The notes under the pieces: generated by a model
Seen by the model: the letters and a program-made list of their open reading frames with translations, nothing else
Told to the model about the DNA's origin: nothing
Database searches by the model: none
Program-made: the position numbers and the translations under genes
Virus record (IMG/VR): IMGVR_UViG_3300032677_000029
Coordinates: 148-64,147 of that record
Direction: 5' to 3' (one strand)
From: a virus
Lineage: Duplodnaviria > Caudoviricetes
Length of the DNA stretch: 64,000 nucleotides
Part shown: in pieces, positions 63,816 through 64,000 of the stretch
Numbering within the stretch: position 1 is the first letter of the stretch
How the letters are laid out: each line of letters opens with the position of its first letter

Positions 63816-64000
63816 TTATCCTACTGTTGTTGGTAAAGGTAAAGCTATCCATGAATTCGTTGCACCATCCCATTTAAAATCACCTTCTGGTCTAGGGATA
63901 GGCGGTTCATAACGGCAAGTAGCTTCATTAAAAGTCCATGCTGAGAAGTTTTCTCTATTGGGTAATGCTAACCATCTATCTTTTTCTGCTTGTTGTTTAG
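63816..64000 (-). CDS. Tail-associated protein (partial, start outside window)
   Basis: Manually read ...WTFNEATCRYEPPIPRPEGDFKWDGATNSW...; stop at 63816. Confidence 0.6.
   Translation of the reverse strand, partial: KQQAEKDRWLALPNRENFSAWTFNEATCRYEPPIPRPEGDFKWDGATNSWIALPLPTTVG

Larger units (their letters stand above)
1..64000. mobile_element. Tailed dsDNA bacteriophage genome (podovirus-like, circularly permuted, nearly complete)
   Basis: Terminase, portal, capsid, tail, lysis and replication modules with no host housekeeping genes. The minus-strand tail block at the left edge appears to continue from the right edge. Confidence 0.97.

Noticed and set aside
58233-64000. Diversity-generating retroelement or invertible tail-fibre switch
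   Set aside because: No reverse transcriptase, invertase or template/variable repeat pair seen in the window.
1-64000. tRNA, rRNA, integrase/att site, or alternative genetic code
   Set aside because: No cloverleaf or recombinase motifs recognised by eye. Core genes are intact under the standard code.

Overview
The whole window is a circularly permuted, nearly complete genome of a tailed dsDNA phage with podovirus-like morphogenesis genes, no integrase and no tRNA that I can see. An embedded Rz/Rz1 spanin pair shows the host is Gram-negative; a freshwater betaproteobacterium such as Polynucleobacter is a plausible guess only. The minus strand carries the late genes. Terminase, portal, GroES-like co-chaperonin, scaffold, Mu-gpT-like capsid and neck genes run from 17.9 kb down to 1. 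Tail fibres, lysis genes, tail tube and ejected or internal proteins continue from 64 kb down to 42.6 kb. The plus strand carries early genes (18.6-28 kb: a sigma70 region-4 mimic, a MoxR-type AAA ATPase and a VWA/metallopeptidase) and replication genes (29-42.5 kb: PolA, a second sigma70 region-4 mimic, exonuclease, SNF2 helicase, SSB, primase-helicase). The most striking unannotated structure is non-coding. (1) Eleven copies of the dyad TACTGTC-N-GACAGTA are confined to the first ~9 kb of the early region. (2) Twelve inverted TGTTCAC iterons, resembling the phage P4 type I repeat, flank an AT-rich tract and suggest an origin. (3) A boxA element and a five-hairpin ~330-nt RNA lie downstream of a consensus promoter. 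(4) A PhaR-like box overlaps the promoter of a tiny phasin-like gene. (5) There are pseudoknotted leaders and a candidate anti-SD sRNA. Protein family calls come from motif recognition by eye, not database searches.
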